From: an uncultured Lentisphaeria bacterium
GTDB lineage: Bacteria; Fidelibacterota; UBA8477; JABMPR01
Length of the DNA stretch: 64,000 nucleotides
Reading direction: 5' to 3'
Assembly (NCBI GenBank): GCA_964454335.1
Contig: CAYVVT010000003.1
Span: 203,316-267,315, forward strand
This document shows, one piece after another, positions 1 to 10,353 of the stretch. Below the pieces are notes generated by a model. It made no database searches. It had not been told where the DNA came from and was given only the letters and a program-made list of their open reading frames with translations. A program made the position numbers and the translations under genes. Positions within the stretch are counted from its first letter, which is position 1, and every line of letters starts with the position of its first letter.

Positions 1-1551
1 GGTTCTGAAGCCTATGCCGAAAACATTAGCCTTCCGCTCCGGATTCTCGACCCTGGGGAATACTCCCTGAGGAGGTGATCCAAGATTCTCGGCGAATTCA
101 TATTCATAATAGAAATAAACTCTGCCCAGAGGTAGATCTCGCCAATAATCCAGACGTAGTTCAAGCTTGTTCTCCGGAAAATGGAATGCACCCGTAATGT
201 CCACAAGCATTACGCTATAGATTTTCCCATGACGTTCATAATTGAATCCCAGGGTGAGATTCTGATCCTTGTCCATGTACCCAACATAGAACAACATATC
301 ATCCGAATCAGATCCACTGTGAGCTGCGAATCGCCGACCGTCATACAGGCTGTAATCAAAGACTCTCCGTCCATACCAATCAGGCGTTTGTCTTTGCGGG
401 TAGTACGGACTCTTCATCAGGTTGGCGTATTCGAAACCCATATATAACCGAGGATTGTAGAACAGTCCATACTTCCTGAATCCGATAATGCTGGCCCCGG
501 AATGATCCGGGTGAGCCCTGAGATCGTACCGGTCCCAGCGATGATCATTCCAACCGTACTCCATGAAAAGTTTCAGACCGGATTCTGGAAAAAGAAGCGA
601 CAGGAACAGTGACAAAGTCTGGTCCGTTTTATCTGACGGCAGTTCACCGGAATCCTCATCATACAGCTTTTCCTTCCAGAAAGGCTGCAGAGGGAGTCGT
701 GCAGCATCTTGCCAGCTGATCTCCTCCTGGACGGAATTGCCACCACTTAGAAAGCTTCTGGATCCCCCAAGGGTTACTACCGGTCTGGAATAATAGGTCA
801 TTGAAGCCATAATGGCTGTGTAATAGGGTTCAGTGTCGTTTTTATCCAGACGGCTGAATAAATACCTGGCCACCAGTCCAAAATCTCTGATCCTCTGTTC
901 ACGCAGTGTTCCAAGTTCGATACGCGGGAGACCGGAAGTATTGGTGGTCATATTCAGGCTGGTATGAATGCCCGGTCCCCACCACATCCCAGCATTGGAG
1001 ACACCGATACCTAATCCCTTCCAGTGCAGATGTAGCTGGCTCTCCCTCAAACGCAGTTCAGAGAAAGGATCCTCGCCTCTGCCGGGCCCATCATTAAGGA
1101 CATGGAACTTGCGGATATATTCTCTGTTTAGATCCGGATCCTGATTGAGATGATAGTACGTGTAATCCTTATTCTGAACAGCCTGGAAGTATGGTTCAAT
1201 TGAAAAATACAGAAATCGATTACTGAAACTGAAATGGGCCGAAGTGAAAAAAGTCAACCCTCTCCCGACCCACAGCTCTGATGTATTCTCAAGGTTTGGA
1301 GCATTGTCATTGTAGTAGAATCGAGCTGTTGCGTATGAACTGATCTCATAGCCGGATTCCGGTGAGAACCTGAGATATGGGCGAATGTCATAGGTATGCC
1401 ATTCATCTGACTTCTCAAGATCTCCACTCTCCAGTTGAATGAGTCCCAGGGGATCGGCCCGTACAAAATTCTCCTGTGAAAAAGAATCTTCAGGCATAAA
1501 AAGTGCGAGTATGAGGAGATGCAACCACCCACTTTTCCCACCCATATTCAT
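1..1551 (-). CDS. Capsule assembly Wzi-family outer-membrane protein (3' end runs off the window)
   Basis: Absent from the ORF track because there is no stop codon in the window. Manual translation is open from ATG 1551 (or 1545) to base 1: MNMGGKSGWLHLLILALFMPEDSFSQ...SNAGMWWGPGIHTSLNMTTNTSG...EYGWNDHRWDRYDLRAHPDHSGA...YDGRRFAAHSGSDSDD. The WWGPG-x3-SL motif and the G-SDSDD end motif are typical of Wzi-like barrels. Confidence 0.75.
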   Translation of the reverse strand, partial: MNMGGKSGWLHLLILALFMPEDSFSQENFVRADPLGLIQLESGDLEKSDEWHTYDIRPYLRFSPESGYEISSYATARFYYNDNAPNLENTSELWVGRGLTFFTSAHFSFSNRFLYFSIEPYFQAVQNKDYTYYHLNQDPDLNREYIRKFHVLNDGPGRGEDPFSELRLRESQLHLHWKGLGIGVSNAGMWWGPGIHTSLNMTTNTSGLPRIELGTLREQRIRDFGLVARYLFSRLDKNDTEPYYTAIMASMTYYSRPVVTLGGSRSFLSGGNSVQEEISWQDAARLPLQPFWKEKLYDEDSGELPSDKTDQTLSLFLSLLFPESGLKLFMEYGWNDHRWDRYDLRAHPDHSGASIIGFRKYGLFYNPRLYMGFEYANLMKSPYYPQRQTPDWYGRRVFDYSLYDGRRFAAHSGSDSDDMLFYVGYMDKDQNLTLGFNYERHGKIYSVMLVDITGAFHFPENKLELRLDYWRDLPLGRVYFYYEYEFAENLGSPPQGVFPRVENPERKANVFGIGFRT

Positions 1552-1669
1552 CGATCCTTCATATGTCTTTGACCTTCCCTCGAATACCGGACCACTCTTT
1601 AAGATAGTTTTAAGGGCTGTTTTTGCCATCTGTAATCCAGCTTCAACAGTTCTCCCTGCAGCCCCAGGT

Positions 1670-1762
1670 TTATGCTGCCGGTGGCCTGTGTCCCAGACTG
1701 CTGCACGGTCTGATATGGTTGTATTCCTGCCTCCATCTCTGATTTAAAACTTTCACTTCCAT
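1670..1762 (-). pseudogene. IS3-family transposase C-terminal remnant
   Basis: Translates as MEVKVLNQRWRQEYNHIRPCSSLGHRPPAA*, matching the IS3 integrase-core tail W-x3-YN-x2-RPHSSLG-x-RPP, with the H replaced by C. No DDE core and no terminal inverted repeats seen. Confidence 0.7.
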
Positions 1763-2024
1763 CTTACTTTCTTCATGATCCAACCAGCATCATGATCAAG
1801 ATCATAGTGTATTATGTGCTCATTATTTTAGCTTTTGCATATCTGGTTCTGTCGCGACAACCGTACGGCAAAAAATATTGAATGGGATGGTTGGATGCAC
1901 ATGAGCAGAACCTGCATGTCAGCTTCCGCTGTTGTTCAGGGAAGAATGCTGAAATGTACAGGATAACCCCTGAATAGGAGATCCCGGGGAAAAGCACCGA
2001 ATCACTGGATCAGAAAAGGGAATA

Positions 2025-2858
2025 ATGCTCAAAAGTCTGTCCATTATCGCCGTAGTCCTGCTTCTGGTCATTATCCTGGTTTCCCTTTTCAGGCGATCGG
2101 TAGTCAATTACTTCGCATTTTATCCTGAACCAGGCACCGCGGTTGACTTAAGCAGGCTCCCGGAACCAGTTGAGCATCTTTACCTGGATTGCTCTGACCA
2201 GGTCACGATCAGTGCTTTTTATCTGCCCCGGGAGGGCGCACGAAAAACCTTCCTTTTCTTTCATGGCAACGCGGGTAATGCCAGTCATCGCTTGCCCCAC
2301 GCCCTGGGATTGTGGAATCTGGATGCGAATGTTCTTCTCGTGGATTATCGCGGTTATGGTCTCAGCAAGGGATCACCCTCTGAGAATGGTATTTATCTTG
2401 ACGGCCTGGCAGCGCTATCATTCCTGGTTGCCGAGAAACGAATTCCCCAGGAGGATATCATTCTTTTTGGCAGATCACTCGGAGCTACGGTGGCAGTATA
2501 TCTCGCTGAAAGCCACCAGTTTGCTGGCATGATCCTGGTCTCCCCCTTCTCCTCAGGAAAGGATGTGGCCAAAGCAACCGGCCTGGGATTCCTGGCACCT
2601 TTTATTGGTGATCCCTTCAATTCATTGCAAAGAATTGGCCAGGTAGAATGCCCCACGCTTGTCATGCACGGAAAGAAGGACATGGTCATCCCGCACAGAC
2701 TGGGCCAGAGGCTGTCTGAATATTCACCATCACTTGTTCGTTTCATAAGCATTGAAGGAGCCGGCCATAACGATATCATTCAGAACGATCCTCAGCGATT
2801 CTACAGGCATATAAGTGACTTCTGCGAGGGATTGGGACTGGATAGATCCGAACCGTGA
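2025..2858 (+). CDS. Alpha/beta hydrolase (ABHD13/BEM46-like), N-terminal membrane anchor
   Basis: FHGNAGN, DYRGYG, nucleophile motif GRSLG, HGKKD, GAGHND; hydrophobic N-terminus. Confidence 0.9.
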   Translation: MLKSLSIIAVVLLLVIILVSLFRRSVVNYFAFYPEPGTAVDLSRLPEPVEHLYLDCSDQVTISAFYLPREGARKTFLFFHGNAGNASHRLPHALGLWNLDANVLLVDYRGYGLSKGSPSENGIYLDGLAALSFLVAEKRIPQEDIILFGRSLGATVAVYLAESHQFAGMILVSPFSSGKDVAKATGLGFLAPFIGDPFNSLQRIGQVECPTLVMHGKKDMVIPHRLGQRLSEYSPSLVRFISIEGAGHNDIIQNDPQRFYRHISDFCEGLGLDRSEP

Positions 2859-2901
2859 TCAATGTAGTGTACTAACGGGATACGGACTGACATAATATCC
2901 T

Positions 2902-2928
2902 GTAATATCATATCATTCAGTTAGTTAC
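2902..2928. repeat. 27-bp palindromic intergenic motif, copy 1 (degenerate left half)
   Basis: GTAATATCATATCATTCAGTTAGTTAC; shares the CAGTTAGTTAC right arm with the copy at 17886. Confidence 0.5.
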
Positions 2929-3145
2929 GGATCATAGCCCAATACCTGCAGATCTGAAACTGTTGAACGTCTGCTTGTATGCTAGGAACCGCCCAATTTT
3001 ATCTATCTGTAATTACTTCACTTAGGGTGGGATGTGAAAGTCGGTGGCCTGCCCAATTTGAAACACATCTTATTTCTAATGCACCACCCTGATGTTCCTT
3101 GAAGGGTCATGTGTACAGAAGATGAGCTGATCGCTGAACATTCGT

Positions 3146-3526
3146 TCAAGGCTTCAGATACTTATCAAGTACCAACTGGAGTTGTTCAGCTGTATAGGGC
3201 TTGGCAAGATATTCCGCAAAACCGACTCGGTCGAATTCCTCCATGTGATCTTTCGCAAAGGCCGTCACAGCAACTGCAGGAGTATCGGTAAATCGTGATT
3301 CCATTTTAAGCAGCTCACAGAGCTGGATCCCACTGATCCCCGCTCCCAGGGCAATGTCCAGCAGCATAATGTCCACGGTTTTATCTTTCATTAAATCGAG
3401 CGCATCCTCACCGTTTTCGGCCGCAATAGCATGAATGCTCAATTTCTTGAGTAGAAATGATAGATATTGCCGCGAGGCAAAGTCATCTTCCACCAGTAGA
3501 GCTGATTGTCTGTTATTCGTATTCAT
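3146..3526 (-). CDS. Single-domain response regulator (REC)
   Basis: LLVEDD, phospho-acceptor LLDI, AVTA, KP motifs; 126 aa. Confidence 0.92.
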   Translation of the reverse strand: MNTNNRQSALLVEDDFASRQYLSFLLKKLSIHAIAAENGEDALDLMKDKTVDIMLLDIALGAGISGIQLCELLKMESRFTDTPAVAVTAFAKDHMEEFDRVGFAEYLAKPYTAEQLQLVLDKYLKP

Positions 3527-3568
3527 GATCCACTCAGATCCTTACTCGGATTGCTTAAATAAAAGCTA

Positions 3569-3949
3569 TTAACCCTGGGGCTTGTTTTGTTCGATCCAGG
3601 CCAGGATCTCCCCATGATTCGCCGGTTTCACCATGAATTTATCACAACCAGCGTCCAGTGCATTCTGACGGTCATTGCTAAATGCATGAGCTGTGATGGC
3701 GGCAACCGGGATCGCTTGCAGGACAGGATCCATCTTCATGTAACGGATGAGGTGCAATCCGTCACTCTCACCATCCAGGGAGAGGTCGATTAGGGCCAGG
3801 TCTACCTGGTTCTTCGAGAGGTGTTCGATAGAGTCTTCGACATTCGAAACGATGGTCAGTTCTAAGTGCTTTCCGAAAAGAAATTTGTACATGGTTTGTG
3901 TGGATGGATCGTCCTCCACGATCAAGAGTGAGATTGGATTGCTGTTCAT
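3569..3949 (-). CDS. Single-domain response regulator (REC, DivK-like)
   Basis: IVEDD, LIDL, AITAHAF, AGCD, KP; 4-nt overlap with the upstream kinase stop. Confidence 0.92.
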   Translation of the reverse strand: MNSNPISLLIVEDDPSTQTMYKFLFGKHLELTIVSNVEDSIEHLSKNQVDLALIDLSLDGESDGLHLIRYMKMDPVLQAIPVAAITAHAFSNDRQNALDAGCDKFMVKPANHGEILAWIEQNKPQG

Positions 3950-6579
3950 GCTTCTACCCTCATTTTTGGTAAGGTCAGCATCGCCTGGGTCCCCTTCCCT
4001 TTTTCACTTTCAATTGACAGTTCCAGTCCGTTAAGCTCTGTATATCGTTTTACAAGTGCCAGGCCCAGACCAATACCCTGATAGGTCTTGGTAAAACCCT
4101 CACTCTCCTGAGTGAAAGGTCTGAACATCCTTTCCTGGTAATCATTGGACATACCTACACCGGTATCCACTATACTCAACGATAAGTGATCGTTGGATTG
4201 ACTGAGATCTATCTTCACGGAACCAGTCTCAGTGTACTTGATGGCATTATCCAGCAAGTTAGCTATAGTCTGGGTCAGCAGATACTCATCCAGATAAACC
4301 TCATCATCCTGTACTTTGGAATTTACGCTAAATTCCAGTTTCTTCTCTTTGGCCAGGAATTGGTACTCCTCCTCAAGCTTGAGCAGCAGTGTTTTCAGTT
4401 GAAAACGGATTGGATTCAGACGTACTGTGTTCGATTCGATCTGGGAGATGTTCAGGATCTCATCAACAGTGTGCTGCAGACGAGTTCCATTGGCGTGGAT
4501 GAACTGGATGAAGAGCTTCTCGTCATCCACCAGCCTGTCCTCAAGATGGGATTCCAGCAGTTCAGTGAAGCCGAGAATACTGTTCAGCGGTGTACGTATC
4601 TCATGCGACACATTCGCCATGAAGGTGGATTTGATCCGTTCACCCTCCTGGGCCTTTTCAAGGGCATAATGCAACTCTTCATCAGCTTTTTTTTGCTCGG
4701 TGATATCACGAATGATGGCAAAGGTTGCCGGTTTCCCCAAGTAATCGATGATTTCATATTTCACATGGACATCAATAAGCGATCCATCCTTCTTTCTGAA
4801 GGTGCTTTCATAGGACCCAGATCCGCTTGACCTCCTTCCAGCAGTGGTTTTCTTGAACATTGCTGCAGAATCAGGTGTGTAGATCTTAGTAAAGCTTAAT
4901 CCCTGGATCTCTTCAACAGTGTAACCCAGCATTTCCGCGAAACGGGGATTCGAGAAGAAGATCTTGTCATCCTGGCTGATCTCGATCCCATCATTGGCAT
5001 TCTCAACGATGAGGCGGTATTTTTCTTCACTTTCCTGCAGTGTCTTTTCTGCAAACTTGCGCTCGGTAACATCTCGGATGATCGCGGTGAAATAGTGCTC
5101 ATCCTGGACATTCCATGTGGACAATGCCAGCTCCATGGGGAAGATCGTTCCATCCTTGCGTTGACCCTCCAACTCAGTGACCCGGCCGATCATGCTGCGC
5201 TTACCTGTTTTGATAAAACGCCGCATGCCTTCACTATGAGCAGCTCTCATCGTCTCAGGTATGATCCTGTCGAAGGATTGACCAACGATCTCGCTCTTGG
5301 TGAACCGGAAGATTGTCTCAGCCCCCTTATTCCAGGAGATGATATGGCCTTTGCTGCCCACTGAGATGATAGCATCCACAGCCGATTGGGTTACCGCTCG
5401 GTAGCGCTGCTCTGATTCCCTGAGCTCATTTTCATGTTTCACACGTTCCGTAACATCTCTGGCAATTCCCAGAACCACCTTTTGCTCATCGATCTCAACC
5501 GGGAAAGTGCTGATCTCGACTTTCAATTCAGAGCCATCACTCCTCCTCAGGGTAAATTCATCCGGCCCGGTGGATTTGCCCATTGTGTTCGCTGCCAACC
5601 GCGAAAGCACTTTGGGTATCTGGGATTTGGGAAGGAGATCTAGCTTGTCAAAACGTTTTCCAACAGCTTCTTCACGCTTGATCCCAAGCATTCTCTCTGC
5701 TGCAAAATTGGCATCAAGAAATCTCCCCTGGAGATCATTGATATAATAAGCATCCGGAGCATTCTCAAAGATGGTCCTGAAGCGCTCTTCAGATTTGCGA
5801 AGCTTGTCGGCGTTTCTTTGTATTTCCGAGATATCTTTACAAACACCCATGTATCCGAGGACTCCACCAAGACTATCCCTTATATGGGAGACAGACATGA
5901 GCACCGGAAAGATCGATCTGTCTTTTCGTTTGAATCGGATCTCAGATGTGAAATTCCCCTCTGAATCGACCCTCTTCTGGATCTCTTTGCCCAGTGCTTT
6001 ATCCGCATGGATCACATCGACAGTTCTACCGATCAGCTCTTCTTTTTTGTAGCCAAAGATTCCCTGAGCCGCCGGATTGAACTCAGTGATCTTGAGATCG
6101 TTATCTGTCGCAATGATCATATCCAGTGAGCTGCCCACCAGATTCTGGGCAAATTCCCGGTAGGTTTGCGCTGCTTTTTCGGCCAACCTTTTTTCGTCTA
6201 TGGTTTTCTTCCGGTCCAGAGCGCCAGCGACCGCTGAGGATAAGCGCTGCAGGTTTTCCTTCAGCACATAATCCCAGGCACCAGCCTTGATGCAATCCGC
6301 CGCGGTCTCTTCATTGATGGCCCCGGTAACGATGATGAAGGGTGTTTCCGGGCATATTTCCAGGGCAATATTCAAGGCATCCAACCCTGTGAACTGGGGC
6401 ATGTTGTAATCTGAAAGGATCAGATCAGGAGTGAAGTCCTCCAGGGCATCTCGGAAGGCGGCTTCATCATCGACATACTCCGCTACGAATTTGAGATCTG
6501 CTTTTTGAAGACCACGCTTCACCAACTCGGCATCGGTCATGAGATCATCAAGTAACAGTATTTTCATTGTTTCAGTCAT
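3946..6579 (-). CDS. Cytoplasmic hybrid sensor histidine kinase: REC-PAS x4-HisKA-HATPase
   Basis: N-terminal REC (LLLDD, ILSDY, FIIVTG), four PAS/PAC repeats ending D(I/V)(S/T)E, H-box SHEIRTPLN, N-box NLLDNAIKYT, DTGVG, GIGLGL. Likely start is ATG 6579 (track gives 6615). No TM helix. Confidence 0.93.
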   Translation of the reverse strand: MTETMKILLLDDLMTDAELVKRGLQKADLKFVAEYVDDEAAFRDALEDFTPDLILSDYNMPQFTGLDALNIALEICPETPFIIVTGAINEETAADCIKAGAWDYVLKENLQRLSSAVAGALDRKKTIDEKRLAEKAAQTYREFAQNLVGSSLDMIIATDNDLKITEFNPAAQGIFGYKKEELIGRTVDVIHADKALGKEIQKRVDSEGNFTSEIRFKRKDRSIFPVLMSVSHIRDSLGGVLGYMGVCKDISEIQRNADKLRKSEERFRTIFENAPDAYYINDLQGRFLDANFAAERMLGIKREEAVGKRFDKLDLLPKSQIPKVLSRLAANTMGKSTGPDEFTLRRSDGSELKVEISTFPVEIDEQKVVLGIARDVTERVKHENELRESEQRYRAVTQSAVDAIISVGSKGHIISWNKGAETIFRFTKSEIVGQSFDRIIPETMRAAHSEGMRRFIKTGKRSMIGRVTELEGQRKDGTIFPMELALSTWNVQDEHYFTAIIRDVTERKFAEKTLQESEEKYRLIVENANDGIEISQDDKIFFSNPRFAEMLGYTVEEIQGLSFTKIYTPDSAAMFKKTTAGRRSSGSGSYESTFRKKDGSLIDVHVKYEIIDYLGKPATFAIIRDITEQKKADEELHYALEKAQEGERIKSTFMANVSHEIRTPLNSILGFTELLESHLEDRLVDDEKLFIQFIHANGTRLQHTVDEILNISQIESNTVRLNPIRFQLKTLLLKLEEEYQFLAKEKKLEFSVNSKVQDDEVYLDEYLLTQTIANLLDNAIKYTETGSVKIDLSQSNDHLSLSIVDTGVGMSNDYQERMFRPFTQESEGFTKTYQGIGLGLALVKRYTELNGLELSIESEKGKGTQAMLTLPKMRVEA

Positions 6580-6633
6580 GATTGATACCTGTTCAGAACA
6601 GTTCCCCTCTTTCAATACACACCAGTATTGGTC

Positions 6634-7074
6634 TCAGCTTAGTGGCTTGTTCAACAGGAGCCAGTAGAATCCCAGTTCAGCGACAGAATCAACAAACTTG
6701 TCAAAATCAACCGGTTTGGTGATATAGCTGTTAACACCCAGCCTGTAGCTTTCGATGATATCGCGTTCCTCCGCGGAGGAGGTCAATACGACCACGGGGA
6801 TCGTACTGGTCTTTTCATTCGACTTAACCTGGCGCAGAACCTCCAATCCCTCCACCTTGGGGAGTTTCAGATCCAGCAAAATCAGTTTGGGATGCTGGTT
6901 TCCATTGCGTTCACTGTATTCACCCCTGGCAAACAGGAAGTCCAGGGCTTCGGCACCATCCTTCACCCAGTGCAAACTGTTGGATAACCGATGTTTCTTG
7001 AAGGCGCGTGTGGCCAGTTCCGCATCATTGGGATTATCTTCCACCATTAGAATTTGTACGTCTTGTAGATTCAT
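6634..7074 (-). CDS. Rcp1/CphA-associated-type single-domain response regulator
   Basis: [41 protein letters not shown]...GFYWL is the Rcp1-like signature. Confidence 0.92.
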   Translation of the reverse strand: MNLQDVQILMVEDNPNDAELATRAFKKHRLSNSLHWVKDGAEALDFLFARGEYSERNGNQHPKLILLDLKLPKVEGLEVLRQVKSNEKTSTIPVVVLTSSAEERDIIESYRLGVNSYITKPVDFDKFVDSVAELGFYWLLLNKPLS

Positions 7075-8777
7075 TGCTGCTCTCCTGTCTCTGGTAAGCT
7101 AAAATTGATGGTGGTCCCGTTCTCAATGACTGATTCTGCCCAGACACGACCACCGTGACGTTGGACGATGCGCCTGACGATGGCCAGTCCGATCCCGGTC
7201 CCCTTGAAATCCTCATCTCGATGCAGGCGCTGGAAGATCTCAAAGATCTTGTCCACGTACTGCATGTCGAATCCTACACCGTTATCCTTTACGTGAATGA
7301 TCACTTCGCCATTTTCCTGCCGGCTGCCAATCTCGATCATGGCAGTTTCACGGGTTGCTGTGAACTTGACTGCGTTCCTTTGCAGGTTGGTCAATACCTG
7401 ACGGATCAGGGCAGGATCAGCAAGAACATTCGGTAAATTTTTGATCTGCCAATCGATCACTCTGCCATTGGTTTCTGTCATGATCTCTTCCCGGATCTCT
7501 TCGACCAAAGATGCCAGATCAACAGGCTGTGGATTCATGGCCTTGCGTCCCATCCGGGAGAAGGCCAGAATGTCATCTATGAGTGTTCCCATTTTCTCAG
7601 CATTTGCAGTAACGATGCCCAGCACCCTCCGACCCTCTTCGTCCAGATCTTTCGAATGGTCTTCTGCAAGGATCTTGGAAAAACCACCGATGGCTCTCAG
7701 GGGAGCACGCAGATCATGGGAGACCGAATAGCTGAAGGATTCCAGTTCCTGGTTGGTCTCGGTAAGCCGCTCCGTGGTACGCTCCAGATTTTTATTCACA
7801 CCCTGCATATCCTCAGCCAGATTGGTCATGCCGCGATTGAGTAGTTCCACTTCATTCACGCGCTCCTGCAGCTCTCGGGTACGCTCTTCAACCAGTTCCT
7901 CCAGGTCATCCCTGTGTATGGTGAGTTCATCCTCGATTTTTTTACGCTGGGTGATATCGATTCCCATGCCGATCAGGTAAATATCATTATTGATCTGCAC
8001 CCTGGCGCCAGTACAGAAATAGGGTAGGGCTTCTCCCTGCTTTGTCACCAAGGAGGTTTCGATGCTGGATTCACCCGCTGTGAATACTTCTTGGATCGCA
8101 TTGGAGGTTGCTTCCTTGAATTCTTCAGCGATGAGATCAATAGCAAGCATCTTACCCATTTCTTCAGAGGAATAACCACTGAGGATCTCGAAGTTCCGGT
8201 TCCACCGTAACATCCGCCCGTCTGTACCGAACATATAGAATACACCTGGCAGACTGTTGATCAGCTTATCCGCAAATTCCTTTTCCAGCCGGGCTTGTCT
8301 CTCGGCCGTATGTTGCTCGGTGATATCCAAGACGGTGCCTTCGACTCGCACAGGCTGACCATTTTCATCCTTGATCAAGCGCGCGTTTATTTGCACGGTT
8401 ATTTTTTCCCCGCCCACCTTTTTCGCTTTGGCGAGATAATTTCTGATCTTTCCCGTGGCCTGAAAAGCCTCTAGATATTCTTGCCGATCTTGAGGGTCCT
8501 GCCAGAAATCTGGCAACCTCAGTCCGACGTAGTCCTTGTCCGTATCAAGCCCGAGGATTCGGCAGAGTTCCTGATTGTATTCCAGGAGATCTCCATCTAT
8601 GGTGACACTGTAAAAACCTTCCATCAGATGCATGATCATATCATGGAATTTTGCTTCACTTTGTTCAAAGGTCCCATCGATCTGCCTCAGTTCGCTGATA
8701 TCCTGCTCCGCAAGTCTCTGGCGGAGAGTTTTCAACTCAGATATGAGTGCCTGCTTGGTCTTGTCATCATCCGTCAT
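7071..8777 (-). CDS. PAS x2 sensor histidine kinase with a phytochrome-like (COG4251-type) kinase core
   Basis: [19 protein letters not shown]-box, [27 protein letters not shown]; two PAS domains. Likely start at 8777 ([15 protein letters not shown]). Confidence 0.92.
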   Translation of the reverse strand: MTDDDKTKQALISELKTLRQRLAEQDISELRQIDGTFEQSEAKFHDMIMHLMEGFYSVTIDGDLLEYNQELCRILGLDTDKDYVGLRLPDFWQDPQDRQEYLEAFQATGKIRNYLAKAKKVGGEKITVQINARLIKDENGQPVRVEGTVLDITEQHTAERQARLEKEFADKLINSLPGVFYMFGTDGRMLRWNRNFEILSGYSSEEMGKMLAIDLIAEEFKEATSNAIQEVFTAGESSIETSLVTKQGEALPYFCTGARVQINNDIYLIGMGIDITQRKKIEDELTIHRDDLEELVEERTRELQERVNEVELLNRGMTNLAEDMQGVNKNLERTTERLTETNQELESFSYSVSHDLRAPLRAIGGFSKILAEDHSKDLDEEGRRVLGIVTANAEKMGTLIDDILAFSRMGRKAMNPQPVDLASLVEEIREEIMTETNGRVIDWQIKNLPNVLADPALIRQVLTNLQRNAVKFTATRETAMIEIGSRQENGEVIIHVKDNGVGFDMQYVDKIFEIFQRLHRDEDFKGTGIGLAIVRRIVQRHGGRVWAESVIENGTTINFSLPETGEQQ

Positions 8778-8844
8778 TAGTGGAAATTCCCTGGTAGTCT
8801 GACAGAACATGGTTCACGAAGGTTGACGATTTGTTGTTCGCGCT

Positions 8845-10353
8845 TCACAGTTCAGCTTTCAGAGGATCATCAACCTTAGGGCTCAAACCAGCTTCTTCCA
8901 GCTGCATGCGCAGGTCTTGAATAACTCTCTTCAGGTCTGACATACGCACTTCGCGACCTGCCATCAGGTTGATCGTTTGTCTCAATTCGGAGGTCCGTTC
9001 CTCCACCAGGTCCTCAAGGTGTTCACGATAGTTCTTTAACTCCGATTCTGTCTGTTCCTGTTCAGTGATATCATGGATATGTCCAACCAGTCGGACGACC
9101 TCTTCTGCATCGTTCATGGTCATCTCATTTGAACCTTCCATGCTCCTAACGGAACCATCTGGTCTGATGATTCTATATTTGAATTCTCTGGGTTTCTTTT
9201 CGGCAAGCATCTCTACAATGTTTCTCTTCACATCCTCTACATCATCAGGATGAAAAAAACGGAACACAGAATCGAAGTCTCCATCATACTCTTCAGCTGA
9301 AAGTCCGTACAACCGGAGTGCATTGTCAGAATACGTGACCTGGTTGGATACCAGATCCCACTCCCAACTGCCCATAGCTGCGACCTTCTCGGCCGTTGCC
9401 AACACTCGGAGGGAATTCTGCAGAGATTCCTCGGCTTTTTTCTGCTCGGTGATGTTCACTGCCAGCCCTAACAGACCGATTACTTCACCTTCTTGGTTCA
9501 AATGAGGTGTATACCAACTTCTGAAATGGTTATCGGCAACATTGACATCAACCGTTAATGACTCACCTTCAAAGGTCCTCCTCATGTGATCCAGCATTTC
9601 AGGGTAATCCTTGTACAGATCAAAAACAGACTGGCCCACAACCTGTCCCGGTTCCAAACCCAATTTGGCCAGACCCTTTCCTTCGGACAGGAGGAAGGTG
9701 CCATCCCGGGCAATCAGGTATATGATTTCTTCATTATTCGTAACCAGGGTCCTGAATTTCTCTTCGCTCTCCCCCAAGGCCTTAGAAATGGCTTTTCTGT
9801 CAGTGATATCCTCAACAACGCCGATTGCATACTTCGGACTTCCGTCAGGGTGCTGGATCATGGATACGGTGAGAGCTCCCCAGAACACTTGTCCGTCTTT
9901 CCGGATATATCGCTTCTCCATTGAATAAGATTTGCGGGTACCGGCTGCGAGTTCATTGAAAAGGGTTACATCAGCATCAAGGTCATCGGGATGGGTAAAA
10001 TCCATGAATGACAGATCCAGCAATTCTTTTTCAGAAAATCCCAGGATCTCGGAAAGTCGGCTATTGACCAGTAGTAGTCGACCCTCTGGAGACACGTGTG
10101 CAACACCCACAGCGGCCTGTTCGAAGGTACCCCTGAAGCGTTCCTCACTTTCTTCCAGATTCCTAATAAGTTCCCGGATGTCGTCGATGAAGAGTTTCAG
10201 GGCCACGAACAGCTCTGTGAATTCATTTTCCTCCTCCGGGATCTCGAAATCCCTGGAAAAATCTCCCAGGGCATATTCCTGCAGAAAGGGAGTCAGCTCA
10301 GCGAGTTGCTCAGCGACGAAACCCTTGTATTCATCAACCTTGTCTGAGGTCAT
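8845..10353 (-). CDS. HAMP-like/PAS x3 protein with C-terminal coiled coil and no kinase or other output domain
   Basis: N-terminal ALGDFSRDFEIPEEENEFTEL (HAMP-like), three PAS domains, ends LEDLVEERTSELRQTINLMAGREVRMSDLKRVIQDLRMQLE. Start 10353 follows RBS GGAGG and overlaps the upstream stop (ATGA). Confidence 0.85.
   Translation of the reverse strand: MTSDKVDEYKGFVAEQLAELTPFLQEYALGDFSRDFEIPEEENEFTELFVALKLFIDDIRELIRNLEESEERFRGTFEQAAVGVAHVSPEGRLLLVNSRLSEILGFSEKELLDLSFMDFTHPDDLDADVTLFNELAAGTRKSYSMEKRYIRKDGQVFWGALTVSMIQHPDGSPKYAIGVVEDITDRKAISKALGESEEKFRTLVTNNEEIIYLIARDGTFLLSEGKGLAKLGLEPGQVVGQSVFDLYKDYPEMLDHMRRTFEGESLTVDVNVADNHFRSWYTPHLNQEGEVIGLLGLAVNITEQKKAEESLQNSLRVLATAEKVAAMGSWEWDLVSNQVTYSDNALRLYGLSAEEYDGDFDSVFRFFHPDDVEDVKRNIVEMLAEKKPREFKYRIIRPDGSVRSMEGSNEMTMNDAEEVVRLVGHIHDITEQEQTESELKNYREHLEDLVEERTSELRQTINLMAGREVRMSDLKRVIQDLRMQLEEAGLSPKVDDPLKAEL

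Noticed and set aside
6634-8777. Bacteriophytochrome or light sensor suggested by the kinase core and Rcp1-like regulator
   Set aside because: No GAF/PHY domain, no DIP motif and no LOV GxNCRFLQ motif in any PAS domain.
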